64,000 bases of DNA from Prorocentrum cordatum (taxonomy: Eukaryota). Positions 25,708 to 38,900 of this stretch are shown here, piece by piece. Both the position numbers and the translations under genes were made by a program. Location: positions 1 to 64,000 of the forward strand of contig CAUYUJ010000326.1 of NCBI GenBank assembly GCA_963575745.1. The letters are read 5' to 3'. Under the pieces are notes generated by a model. It ran no database searches. It was not told the DNA's origin and saw only the letters and a list, made by a program, of their open reading frames with translations. Each line of letters begins with the position of its first letter. Positions within the stretch are counted from its first letter, which is position 1.

Positions 25708-26170
25708 GGCAAGAACGCGCTTCACGGGCGCCTGCCTTGGGAACATTCGGCGGCGCGTTCGAACCGGGGTGTGGGCCCCTTCCCCCCAACACTCAGCGCC
25801 GCCGATCAAAACCACGGGGACTCCCCTCCCCCCCAAACCCCCCCCCTCCCGAACCCCCCCCCCCACCTCCCAAGGGAGGGGGGTTCAAAGCCCCCCCCCG
25901 GCGCCGGCGCCGGCGCGGCGCGGCGGCGGGCGGCCGCCAGCAGCGCCGACGGCGGGGACGCAGCGACGATGACCAGAGGCGGCCCAAGGGGGAGGGGGGG
26001 TCTTAAACCCCCCACCCACCCCCTCGCGCCTGCGCCGGCGCTGGCGGCGGCCACCAGCGCCGGCGCTGGCGCCGGCGACGGCGGGGACGCAGCGACGATT
26101 TACACCACTGCCACCACCACCACCGCGAACACCACCACCACCACCGCCTCAACCCACCACCACCACCAGC

Positions 26171-26225
<55 letters not shown>

Positions 26226-27230
26226 GCACCACAGAACCACCACCACCACCACAGCCACCACCACCACAACTCACCACACCACCACCACCGCAAAAACCCA
26301 CCATCACTACCACCACCACCACCACAATTTACCACACCACCACCACCACCACCGCCACAACCACCACCACTACCACCAACCCACCGCCACCACCACAAAC
26401 CACCACACCACCACCACCACCACCACAAACCACCACACCACCACCACCACAACCACCACCACCACCACCGCCACCACCACCAGCACCACGTCCACGTACC
26501 ACTACCACCACAACCCACCACCACCACCACCACAAACCACCACCACCACCACAAAACAGCACTACACCAGAACCACCACACCACCACCACCGCCACTACC
26601 ACAACCCACCATCACCACCACCAGCACCACCACAGAAACCCACCACCACTACCACCACCACCACCACAATCTACCACACCATTACCACCACCGCCACAAC
26701 CACCACCACTACCAGCAGCACAACCCACCACCACCACCACCACAAACCACCACACCACCACCGCCACCACCACCAGCACCAGCACCAACTCCACAAACCA
26801 CCGCCACAACCACAACCCACCACCACCACCACAAACCACCACCACACCACCACCAAACCACCACCACCACCACCACAACCAACACCACCGCCACCACCAC
26901 CACCACCACCACAACCCACCACCACCACCACCGTCGTCCTCGTCGATGCTCCCCGCCACCGCCGCCTGCCGCCGCAGGCGCAGGCGCCAGCCCAGAAAAG
27001 GAAATCGTCGTCCCCGCCGCCTTCGCCAGCCGCCGCCGACGCAAGCACTGGCCCGACGAGAAGGGAAGCAGGAAAGGGAAGGGGGGGGGGTTCGACCCTC
27101 CCCCCCCCCCTCCGTCACGGGAAGGGGGGGGAAGGGGGGGGGGGGGTTCGAACCCTCCCCCCCTCCATCCAAGGGGGGGGTCCGGTTCCAACCCCCCCCC
27201 CTCCAAGCGACTACAGAACGCGCTCTTTCA
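25708..27230. mobile_element. TIR element (family B) with (ACC/AAC)n core
   Basis: Ends ggcaagaacgcgc and reverse complement tgaaagagcgcgt; gatata/gatatg flanks; GGGGTTC(G/A)AA subterminal motifs as in 61208-62289. Confidence 0.55.
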
Positions 27231-27416
27231 GATATGGAGATGTGCGTAGATGCGTCGTATGAATAACTTATATAATATATATATGTGCGTTCGTATCCAT
27301 AGATCTAGATGTATGTGTAGATGTATATGTTCATCCGTATGTATTGAGATCTCCCATCATACGAATCTGCGTCGATCGTCTGCTCTTGCTACTCCTCAGG
27401 GGCAGCATTGGAACTC

Positions 27417-27506
27417 CTTCTCCAAGATGCCGTCGTACACCATTACCATACCCTTCTCCACCCGCTCCGATGCGCCAGGCGACACCTGCCTCTTCAGGCC
27501 GCCCTC
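27417..27506 (-). CDS. Deaminase gene, mapped exon 5 (EGGLKRQVSPGASERVEKGMVMVYDGILEK)
   Basis: ttcag|G acceptor, 90 nt phase 0, AAG|GA donor; joins exon 6. Confidence 0.6.
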
Positions 27507-28582
27507 CTGAAGGAGGAGGAGGAGGAGCAGGGAAAGGATGAATGAGGACTAGAGCGAGGGGGGGGCGGCGAGAGGGGCAGGAAAAGGAGGATCAGATCAA
27601 ACACGTGCAAGGGCACGATACGGACTGCTCCTCAGAAATGGCGCGCCCATGGACCTGTGCTTGGCCGCGAGTTCGACCCACCACCGTTCATCTCTAAACC
27701 CCCGAGAACTAACATGCCTTAGGACGGGTCGACCGCGACTCCGAGCTAGTGCGAATGATCCTCGCAACTGGGAGATCGGGGTGCGAATACAGATCCGCCG
27801 AGTTCATCCTTCCCCCTCTCTCCTTCATCACCTGACTGTAAGCCCCCCTTCTGGTGGTGCGAAGCAGAGGAAGGAGCCAAATCAGCGTAATTGACTTATT
27901 TCGAACATGTTATACTGTGAACCAACACGCCCCAGGATCACTCCGCGACCGCACCCTTCGAGCCACCGCTAGAATCTCGACGGGGGGAAGAAGAAGCAGC
28001 AGAAGCGGGGTCTCCTCCTCCTCCTCCTCCTCCTCCTCCTCCGCCTCCGCCTCCGCCTCCTCCTCCTCCTCCTCCTCCTCCTCCTCCTCCTCCTCCTCTT
28101 CCTCCTCGTCCTCCCCACACCCCTCCCCTTCTCCAGGCTCTCCCCCGCATCCCTGTTCCGCCTTATCCAGCTTCTCATCTCTCCCTTCTCCACCTCCGCC
28201 TTCTCCCCGCTCCTCTTCCTCCTCCGCATCCTTCTCCTCCCCCTGGTCCGCGGCTACCTGCATGCTTACATGTGCTGTTCCATCCCTTCCTCAACCAACT
28301 CCTCATCTATATCCATATCTTCCTCCTGATTCCCTTGCTCCTGCTCCTCTTCCTCCTTCTCCTTCTCCTCCTCCTCATCAGCATCAGCATCATCATTATC
28401 ATCAGCAGCATCAGCATCATCAGCATCAGCATTATTATCATCAGCAGCATCAGCATCAGCAGCATCATCATCAGCATCAGCAGCATCATAATCAGCATCA
28501 GCATCAGCATCAGCATCAGCATCAGCATCATCATCATCATCAGCATCAGCAGCATCATAATCAGCATCAGCATCAGCATCAG

Positions 28583-28652
<70 letters not shown>

Positions 28653-29039
28653 TTCATCATCTTCATCATCATCATCATCCGCCTCATTTTCTTCCTCGTC
28701 CGTCTTATCCGTCAATCCCGCATCCTCCCCCTCCTCCTCCGCCTCCTCCTCATGATCCGTCTCTGTATCCTCCTCCGTCCCTTCTCCTCCTCCTACACCT
28801 CCGATTCCGTCTATGCATCCTGCTCCCATTTTAATGTGATGGCAACTCGCATGGACATCGTTGGGATGGACTGGTGGGGATACGCGAAGCGTCAAGATTA
28901 CGCAAATCCATTTGACGGCGAATGGAAACCAAAAGTCTGCCGCAGGCGCGTTTCTTTCGCTTGGTCCGAATACCGATGATATGTAACAAGCCAAACCTGC
29001 TGCGGAGCTATTTCTTGTTGTCTATTTCTGCACAACCCT

Positions 29040-29352
29040 TAGGGAAACCAACAAGTACCGACACCGCTACTCCCCAGACCTCTCCTGGGGTGCGCTCCGA
29101 TCAGAACTTCGACGCGGATCCTGCGGTGGCGACGAGGGCCTCCCGGGAAGCCCAAAATTGCCAAAACGAGGCGAGACTTAGGTCGGGCATGTCCTCATAC
29201 AGGTGAGTTTTGAACAAAAGTTCTAAAATTGCCCAAAACTACCCCAAAATTGTCAGCACATACTGGAAAATCGTCCCCATACTATGTTTTGCCTATTCTT
29301 GAACTTTCCTCTTGCATGCCCAATATAAGGCGAGGGTAGCGGTAGCGGTACC
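29040..29352 (+). repeat. Short dispersed repeat (other copies at ~53527-53680 and ~57248-57385), here interrupted by a MITE
   Basis: Shared ccgc(t/c)actccc..gacct..ggtgcg(c/t)tc..ttcga..cggtggcg..aaaacg sequence. Confidence 0.8.
29177..29329. mobile_element. 153-bp MITE, family A
   Basis: cttaggtcgggcatg and reverse complement cttatattgggcatg; TSD gcgaga/gcgagg. Confidence 0.75.
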
Positions 29353-29611
29353 TTTCCCTCCTCGGAACCCAGAATAGCATCCACCGCCCCGCGCCCGCCT
29401 CCCCCCACACCGCTCCCCCACTCCCTCGGGCTGGCCCCGGAGAGGACCCCCCAGAGCTCCGCGGGCGCTGCCAGAAACCCCCCGAGGGGGCCCCAGCCCG
29501 AAGGCGAGGGCGAGGGGTCGCTGCCAGAGCTCAGGGCCCCCGTGAACCTGGGGAGCATTGGCCCCGCGCGGCGACGGGCCCCAGCCTCCCCCCCCACTCC
29601 CCCATAGAGGA

Positions 29612-29790
29612 CCCCTGGATGGGGTCGAAGTAGATGGGGTCGGAGGCTCGCGCCGCATCGCCGATACACCGGCGATGCATCGGCGATGCGTTCGCGATGC
29701 ACCGGCGACGGCTCCACATCGAGCCGCATCGCCGACGCCTCGGCGCCGCAGCGCGATCCCCCGACCCCATCTACGCCGACCCCATCTGGG
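29612..29790. mobile_element. Small foldback/MITE-like element
   Basis: gatggggtcgaagtagatggggtcgg is inverted with ccgaccccatctacgccgaccccatc. Confidence 0.55.
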
Positions 29791-30072
29791 AGGCCCAGCT
29801 GCTCCGACCCCATCTGCTCCGACCCCTGGGCCCGGGGTCCCCACGACGCTGCGGCCCCTCTCCCCTGGTGGCCCCCACGAGGCCGCGCGGGCCCTCCTGG
29901 CCTGCCCCCGCGGGGCCCGCCCGCCCACCCCGGCCATCCCCCCGGCCAGGCGCAGATGACAAGGACGACGCTGTCTGCCTGCCGTGGAGCAGGCAATACG
30001 TGTGCGACCTAAAACGGACTCGCGTGAGCGGAGACCCCATCCCTCCAATAAGATGTGTCTGTCTGTCGGTCG

Positions 30073-30103
<31 letters not shown>

Positions 30104-30120
30104 GGTCGGTCTGTCTGTCG

Positions 30121-30155
<35 letters not shown>

Positions 30156-32659
30156 GGTCTGTCTATCTGTCGGTCTGTCTGTCTGTCGGTCTGTCTGTTT
30201 GTCTCTTGTATGTGAACATGAAACTAACAAGCAAACTGACTAGCTAACTATCTAACGAACGAACTAACGAACAACCTAACATCGCCAGCCCAACGGGCCA
30301 CAGGCGTCCTAAGATCTGTGGACAAAGCCTTCGAATATTTCTGGTTCACGCGCGCGGGGTCGCCCACGCCCGCCTCGGGCCAGATTTGCTCATGGGTGCG
30401 GCCTTCCGAGCCGCCCCCAGCGCTCCAGGAACGCCCCATGAAACAACCAAGGGAGCCCAAGATGGTCAGAGATGGCCAAAAAGCGCTCAAACACGCCCAA
30501 GACTCTGGTCTGGATAGCCCAAGACGCCTCCGAAAAGATTCAAGAGAGCCCCAAGAGAACCCCCAGGAAGATCCCGAGAGAAAAATTAGACATGTTCCTC
30601 ATATGTTTGGTTGATTTTCGCTGTATCGCCTTTTCGCGCCTCCGACCGCCTAAGGCTGCCCAGGATATCGCCCCAAGGTAAACCATGACGCTTCCAGGAG
30701 GACCCCAAGATGGCCCAAGAGGACCCCAATACGGTCAAAGAGGTTCCCAAAAGGAGCTCCAGAGGCTCTCAAGAGGGCCCCAACAGGGGAATCCGAACTG
30801 CCATCAGGAGCCCTGTCCTCCGAAAGTGTCCCGCGAAAATGACCGCCAGCACGCCCCCAAGGGGCTCCCAAGCGGCCCCTAGAGCTAAGACACCCCCGAG
30901 AAGCTCCAAGTGGCACCCAAGAGATGCCACCACGGGGCCCCCGAGGGGCCTCCCAAGAGAGATCCCGACGAGCCTCCGAACAAAGCCAAGCCTGGCCGAA
31001 AACCACTCAGCACGATATAAAGTATGAGCTGGTCAAATGAGCGAAACGATTGAATTCGGCGGGCCCCCTGTGCGCCCTCGCCGTGTGAAAACGTCGAGGA
31101 GCATGATGAGATGAAAACGAAATGGCAGATACTGAGAAGCATGCATCAGGGCATGCTGAGAGCGGCCTCGTGCATTCCGCTGGCCGCTTGTATGACTGCC
31201 AGCAGATCCTGGGAACGCGTGAAAATGAATGCGAAACGTGATCCCAGCGCTAGGCCCACGCGCGTAACAAATCCCGGCACATGCAAACGCACGTGTGAGC
31301 TGCGCCCTCAGGGCTGCGAAAGCTTCGGTTCGCCGCACCCCTCACGCATTTCCTGTCTGGCATGTTGCTGGGACGCGTAAGAGTACGAGTGAGCAGCGCC
31401 TTCACGGCTACGACACTGCCCTTTCGGGCCCCTCACGCATTTCCTGTTTTAGACGCTGCTGGGACACGTGACAGTACAAGCGGTCTTCGCTCCGAGGGCC
31501 ACGAAGGTTTTTTTCCACCCATCATGCATCGCATGCCCTCCACTACGTGAAAGTACTAACGATCCCCCAGGCTCCTGGGAGACATGCAAATACTAATGAT
31601 TTGAGCTTCGGGGATCCTGGGAAACGTAAAAATACGAATGGGATGCCCCTCCATGTTTATAGGAACCTCGATTCGGCACCCCCCTCACGCACTTCGTGCA
31701 TGTTGGGCGCTTAGCTGGCCCCCGAGATGGCTCCTTGGAGCGTCAATTCGACACACCACACCCTTCACGCACGTCTTGCCCAATAGGCCCCAAAAGGCCC
31801 TCAGCTGGCCTCCGAAACCGCCTAATCTCCATAGGGGCGCAAAGACGCTCCCAAAAACCAGATTGCAACGAGTGGCACCAACCCTCGTACATGTTGTTCC
31901 CCAAGCTCCTCCACCTCCTCCCTTTGGCCTTGCCAACTGAGTACAAACAGACTCTGGATGACGACTGGCGGCAACGAGGCGGCGACGGGGCGGAGAGTCG
32001 TTAAGGATTCTCTCGGGGCCTCCTGAGATCTCATGAAACGTCGTGAAACCTCTCGAGGCAGCCTGGGACCTCCTGGAGTGTCCTGCGGTCTCCTGGGGGT
32101 TCCCAGCGCCTCCCAGGGCGTCCTAAGACCTACTGGCGCTTCACTGGGGCCTCCTGGGGCCTTCCTGGGGCCTTCCTGAGGCCTTTTGGGACGTCTGGGG
32201 GCCTCCTGGCGGCGCCTCAGCCCCCCGGGGGTCTCCTGCCATGGGGCTTCATGGGACCTCCCAGAGCCTCCTGGAATCTCCCGTGGCCTTTTAGGAATGC
32301 GTGGGGTCGCCTGGGGCCTCCTGCGGCCTCATGGGCCCTCCCGGAGCTGCCCGAGGCTCCTGCCTCAGGAGGTCCTCCTAAGCCACCCACCGGACAGAAT
32401 CCGTTCCAGAGTGCGGCCCCCCACGTTGCAGTGCGATGTGATGTGGCGACCCCTGAACATGTTGGCGGCTCTCTCAGAGGCCACCCGCGGGGCCTAAAAA
32501 ATGACAACTGTTTCGAGGATGGGAGCCTGCCTGTTGAGAAAGAGGGCGCGGTGAAATTACGAAGATGTCGCATTGGGGCCCAGAACCATCCGGGGCCCGG
32601 GGTCTTGCCTGGTACGGTGCGGTTTGCCCTCCCCGCTGTCCCGCCGGACCCCCGGAGTG

Positions 32660-35113
32660 TTTTTCCCAACCATCCTGTGGTGTTGGGTCCTCGTTTTGAA
32701 GAGACGGTGCCCGCGTCCTCTCCTCTCCTCCTCTCCTCCTCTCCTCCTCCTCCCCCTCCTCCTCCCTCCTCCTCCCTCTCCTCCCTCCTCTCTGCGTTTC
32801 ACCCACCCATTACAGCGCTTCGTGGCTCCATAGGGAGCTCCACCGAAGGCCCCAGTGGGGGTGTTCGCATGCGGTTCCCCCACCCAGGGCAGCGTTTCGT
32901 GGCCCCATAGGGAGCTCCACCGAAGGCCCCAGTGGGGGTGTTCGCATGCGGTTCCCCCACCCAGGGCAGCGTTTCGTAGCCCCATAGGGAGCTCCACCGA
33001 AGGCCCCAGTGGGGGTGTTCGCATGCGGTTCCCCCACCCAGGGCAGCGTTTCGTGGCCCCATAGGGAGCTCCACCGAAGGCCCCAGTGGGGGTGTTCGCA
33101 TGCGGTTCCCCCACCCAGGGCAGCGTTTCGTAGCCCCATAGGGAGCTCCACCGAAGGCCCCAGTGGGGGTGTTCGCATGCGGTTCCCCCACCCAGGGCAG
33201 CGTTTCGTGGCCCCATAGGGAGCTCCACCGAAGGCCCCAGTGGGGGTGTTCGCATGCGGTTCCCCCACCCAGGGCAGCGTTTCGTAGCCCCATAGGGAGC
33301 TCCACCGAAGGCCCCAGTGGGGGTGTTCGCATGCGGTTCCCCCACCCAGGGCAGCGTTTCGTGGCCCCATAGGGAGCTCCACCGAAGGCCCCAGTGGGGG
33401 TGTTCGCATGCGGTTCCCCCACCCAGGGCAGCGTTTCGTAGCCCCATAGGGAGCTCCACCGAAGGCCCCAGTGGGGGTGTTCGCATGCGGTTCCCCCACC
33501 CAGGGCAGCGTTTCGTGGCCCCATAGGGAGCTCCACCGAAGGCCCCAGTGGGGGTGTTCGCATGCGGTTCCCCCACCCAGGGCAGCGTTTCGTAGCCCCA
33601 TAGGGAGCTCCACCGAAGGCCCCAGTGGGGGTGTTCGCATGCGGTTCCCCCACCCAGGGCAGCGTTTCGTGGCCCCATAGGGAGCTCCACCGAAGGCCCC
33701 AGTGGGGGTGTTCGCATGCGGTTCCCCCACCCAGGGCAGCGTTTCGTAGCCCCATAGGGAGCTCCACCGAAGGCCCCAGTGGGGGTGTTCGCATGCGGTT
33801 CCCCCACCCAGGGCAGCGTTTCGTGGCCCCATAGGGAGCTCCACCGAAGGCCCCAGTGGGGGTGTTCGCATGCGGTTCCCCCACCCAGGGCAGCGTTTCG
33901 TGGCCCCATAGGGAGCTCCACCGAAGGCCCCAGTGGGGGTGTTCGCATGCGGTTCCCCCACCCAGGGCAGCGTTTCGTGGCCCCATAGGGAGCTCCACCG
34001 AAGGCCCCAGTGGGGGTGTTCGCATGCGGTTCCCCCACCCAGGGCAGCGTTTCGTGGCCCCATAGGGAGCTCCACCGAAGGCCCCAGTGGGGGTGTTCGC
34101 ATGCGGTTCCCCCACCCAGGGCAGCGTTTCGTAGCCCCATAGGGAGCTCCACCGAAGGCCCCAGTGGGGGTGTTCGCATGCGGTTCCCCCACCCAGGGCA
34201 GCGTTTCGTAGCCCCATAGGGAGCTCCACCGAAGGCCCCAGTGGGGGTGTTCGCATGCGGTTCCCCCACCCAGGGCAGCGTTTCGTGGCCCCATAGGGAG
34301 CTCCACCGAAGGCCCCAGTGGGGGTGTTCGCATGCGGTTCCCCCACCCAGGGCAGCGTTTCGTAGCCCCATAGGGAGCTCCACCGAAGGCCCCAGTGGGG
34401 GTGTTCGCATGCGGTTCCCCCACCCAGGGCAGCGTTTCGTGGCCCCATAGGGAGCTCCACCGAAGGCCCCAGTGGGGGTGTTCGCATGCGGTTCCCCCAC
34501 CCAGGGCAGCGTTTCGTAGCCCCATCGGGAGCTCCACCGAAGGCCCCAGTGGGGGTGTTCGCATGCGGTCCCCCACCCAGGGCAGCGTTTCGTGGCCCCA
34601 TAGGGAGCTCCACAGGGCAGCGTTTCGTAGACCCATGGGAGCTCCACCGAAGGCCCCAGAGGGGGTGTTCGCATGCGGTTCCCCCACCCAGGGCAGCGTT
34701 TCGTGGCCCCATAGGGAGCTCCACCGGAGGCCCCAGTGGCTGCTCTCGCATGCGGTTCCCCCACCCAGGGCAGCGCTTCGTGGCCCCATGGGGAGCTCCA
34801 CCGAAAGCCCCCGTGGCGCAGTTCGCATGCGCTTCCCCCACCCAGGGCAGCGTTTCGTGGCACCATAGGGAGCTCCACCGAAGGCCCCAGTGGCGCAGTT
34901 CGCATGCGGTTCCCCCACCCAGGGCAGCGTTTCGTAGCCCCATAGGGAGCTCCACCGAAGGCCCGCCCCGGTGGCGCAGTCCGCATGCGGTTCCCCCATC
35001 CAAGGCAGCGCTTCGTGGCCCCATATGGAGCCCCACCGAAAGCGGCACCCACAACGCGTTACCAACAATTGCTGATGGTTGGGTCTTTCGCCAGGATATT
35101 TTTGGAGGAAAGA
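32660..35113 (+). mobile_element. Helentron/DINE-1-like element (family 1) carrying a 77-bp satellite
   Basis: T-run, subterminal IR cccaaccatc (32665-32674) with nearby gttggg, (CCT)n, tandem array, then gatggttggg (35074-35083); termini shared with copies at 48122 and 57832. Confidence 0.65.
32815..35035. repeat. 77-bp tandem satellite (~23 near-identical plus ~6 diverged units)
   Basis: Unit cgt(g/a)gccccatagggagctccaccgaaggccccagtgggggtgttcgcatgcggttcccccacccagggcagcgttt; no spacers. Confidence 0.98.
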
Positions 35114-35929
35114 ATACATCATATATAAATATATACATACATACATATAAATATATATATATATATAAAAAAAACGCCATTGTAAGTGAATTGTAGGAAG
35201 TCCTCGCGCTGCCAGAACGCCATTCCCAGGCCACATTTGTGAGTGAATTGCGAGGAGTCTCAAGCGGGAGCCCCCTCCCTATGGGGCCCGCGGATCATGT
35301 TACTAATCCGAGCGGGTCATCCAATTCCTGTAACTGTCGCCACTTTTGGGCTCTCGCGCTGCCAGAACGCCATTCCCAGGCCACATTTGTAAGTGAATTG
35401 CGAGGAAGTCTCAAGCGGGAACCCCCTCCCTATGGGGCCCGCGGATCATGTTACTAATCCGGGCGGGTCATCCAATTCCTATCACTGTCGCCACTTTTGG
35501 GTACTCGCGCTGCCAGAACGGCATTTCCTAGGCCACATTTTGAATGCTCGGAGCCAACTGTAGGCCACTTCGTGTTCTTCGTGCTCCCAGAACACCAAAC
35601 CCCGGCCACATTTTGAATGCCCGGAGCCAACTGTACGCCACTTCGTGTTCTTCGTGTTCCCAGAGCACCACTCCCGGGCCACTTTCTGAATGTCTGGAGC
35701 CAAAACAAGAGGGCGAGGTCGGGGGCAACGTAGGGAGCGGGGGGACGGCCCGCGCCAGGGCGAAAAGAAATATACGCAGAAGGGACAGCCAGGACGCCTC
35801 ACCAACCACGAGGACGACGGTGATGGCTTTTTCCAGACTCGCCCAGAGGATTCTCATTTGGGGTCTTTTCGTCGGAGTAATTCGGATTCTCCCTCTCTTG
35901 GGGCTTCTTGGTGTCTGTGGGGGCCTCAT

Positions 35930-38900
35930 GGGAGCGTCTTGGGGCGAAAGGCTAGACTTTCGGGTTCGTGGTCCCCCTCTTGGGGCCGTCTTGGGGCCCT
36001 CTTGGGCCGTCTTGGGCGCCTCTTGCGCCGTCTTGGCGCCCTCTTGGGCCGTTTTGGGGGCCTCTTGTGAGCCTCTTGGGCCGTCTTGGGGCGGTCTTCG
36101 GGGCCTCTTGGACCGCCTTCAACGCAGTAAAGGCCGAGAAACCTTGCATGCTAAAAATGCACCTTTTCCCATAGAAAATGATTTGGCCTGCTGATGGCCT
36201 CGCGGGACGCCCCTTTGGGGGCCTCTTGGGGCTTCTTGGGGGGCTGTGTGGGCCTCCCGTGAGTTTTTCGGGCGAAAAGCTAAACTGTTCGGTTGGGGCC
36301 GTCTTGGGGCCCTCTTGGGCCGTCTTGGGCGCCTTTTGGGCCCTCTGGGGGCCCTCTTGGGCCGTCTTGGGGCGGTCTTGGGGGCCTCTTGGGCCGTCGT
36401 CAGCGCCGTACGTTTCCCTATGGAAACTGATGATTGTGGCCTCTTGGGGCCCTCTAGGGACGCCCCTTGGGCACCTCTTGGGGGCCCTCTTGGGGGCCTC
36501 TTGGGCCGTCGTGCGCGGTTTTGGGCTCTCTTGGAGCGCTCTTGGGCCGTCTTGAAGAGAATCCGAGAAACATGCAAAAACCCTAAGGAAAACTTCCAAA
36601 ACGGCCATTAGAACTCATTGTCCCACGGTACGCCCCGCCCTGGACATCCCCCCTTAAAGGGCTTCGCCCAACACACAACGTCATCGCTCGTACCTCGCTC
36701 TTTCCGTTACCTGGGCCCGGCACAGAAACGGAAAAAGCGCGGCAACAACAGAAACCGAAATTACTCACACCACCGTTCGTACCGGGAGCCTTGGCGTTGA
36801 GAGTTTGTTACGTCACCCCTCGCTCTTGGGAGCCTTGGTGTTCAGAGATTGTTGCGTTGCCGCCCGTTCCTGAGCCTTGGCTGGGCCTTGGTGTCAGGAA
36901 CTTGTTACGTCACCGCTCTCTGCTGGGAGCCTTGGTCTTATCAGCTTGTTTACGTCACCATTCGCTCTTGGGAGCCTTAGTGTGAAGAGCTTTTTGTGTT
37001 ACCGATCGCTCTTTACTTGGAGTCTCTGGGCCCTCTTGGGGGTCAAATTGGGGCCCTTTTAGAGCCCTGTTGGAGGCCTCTTGGGAACCTCTTGGGGGCC
37101 TCTTGGGGCTTCTTGGGGGGCTCTAGGGGCCGTCTTCAACGCAGTAAAAGCCGAAAAGCCTTGTATGCTAAAAATGCAACTTTTCCAATAGGAAATCAAT
37201 GATTTTGGCATCCTGGTAGCCTCTTGGGACGCCTCTTGGGGCTTCTTGGGGGGCTCTGGGGGCATCCCGGGGGAGTCTTGGGGCGAAAGGCTCGACTATT
37301 CGGTGCGTGGTCCCCCTCTTGGGGCCGTCTTGGGGCCCTCTTTGGCTGTCTTGGGCGCCTCTTGGGCCGTCTTGGGGCCCTCTTGGGCCGTTTTGGGGGC
37401 CTCTTGGGAGCCTCTTGGGCCGTGTTGGGGCGGTCTTGGGGGCCTCTTGGGCCGTCGTCAATGCCGTGAAAGCCAAAAAGCTGTATATGCTAAAAATGTC
37501 GGTTTCCCCAAGGAAAATCAATGATTTTGACCTCTTGGGGCCCTCCTGGGACGCCTCTTGGGCGCCTATTGGGTCGTCTTGGAGGCCTCTTGGGACCTCT
37601 TGGGGCTGCCTTGGGCGGTCTTGGGCTCTTCTGGGACGGAAAAGGGGAGAACCCCAAAAACATACAAAAACCTAAAGGAAAACCCGAAAACTGCCATTAA
37701 CACTCATTCCCCCGGCCTACCCCCCTCCCCTGGAACCCTCCCTTGAGGGGCTTCGCCCACACCAAGACGTCATCACTCGTACCTCGCTCTTTCCGCTACC
37801 TGGCCCGGCACGGAAACGGAAAGCGCGCTTCACAAAGAGAAACCGAAATTACGCACACCACCGTTCGTACTGGGAGCCTTGGCGTTGAGAGCCTGTTACG
37901 TCACCCCTCGCTCTTGGGAGCCTTGGTGTTCAGAGATTGTTGCGTTGCCGCCCGTTCCTGAGCCTTGGCTGGGCCTTGGTGTCAGGAACGTGTTACGTCA
38001 CCGCTCTCTGCTGGGAGCCTTGGTCTTATCAACTTGTGTACGTCACCGTTCGCTCTTGGGAGCCTTGGTGTGAAGAGCTTTTTGCGTTACCGATCGCTCC
38101 TTGAGAGTCCTATTGGGGCCCGTTTCGGGCCCTTTGGGGGGCCTCTTGGGGGCCGTCTTGGGGCTTCTTGGGGGGCTCTTGGGGCCTCCTGGGAGCTTCT
38201 TGGGGCGAAAGGCTAGACTTGTCGGTTCGTCTTGGGGCCGTCTTGGGGCCCTCTTGGGCCGCCTTGGGCGCCTCTTGGGCCGCCTGGGCGCCGTCTTGGG
38301 TCGTTTTGGGAGCCTCTTGGGAGCCTCTTGGGCCGCCTTAGGGCGGTCTTTGGGGCCTCTTGGACCGTCTTCAACGCCGTGAAAGCCGAGAAGCCTTGCA
38401 TGCTAAAGATGCACCTTTCCCCATAGGAAATCAATGATTTTGGCCTCATGGTGGCCTCTTGGGACGCCTCTTGGGGGCCTCTTGGGGCTTATTGGGGGGC
38501 TCTTGGGGCCTCCTGAGAGCGTCTTGGGGCCCTCGTGGGCCGTCTTGGGCGCCTCTTGGACCGTCTTGGGGCCCTCTTGGGCCGGTTGGGGGCCTCTTGG
38601 GAGCCTCTTGGGCCGTGTTGGGACGGTCTTGGGGGCCTCTTGGGCCGCCGTCAACGCCGTGACAGCCGAAAAGCCGTATATGCAAAAAATATCAATTGCC
38701 CGAAAGAAAATCTATGATTTTGGCATCTTGGGGCCCTCTTGGGACGCCCCTTGAGCGCCTCTTGGGGGCCTCTTGGGCCGTCTTTGGGCGGTCCTGGGCT
38801 CTCTTGGAGCGCTCTTGGGCAGTCTTTGGGGGGGAATGCAAACAACATGCAAAAACCCATGGGAGAACCCGAAAACAGCCATTAGCGCCCATTCCCTCGC

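Noticed and set aside
32557..35263. Three ~800-aa ORFs, and a possible CRISPR array
   Set aside because: The 77-bp unit lacks minus-strand stops, so all frames stay open; the units are contiguous with no unique spacers and no cas genes are present
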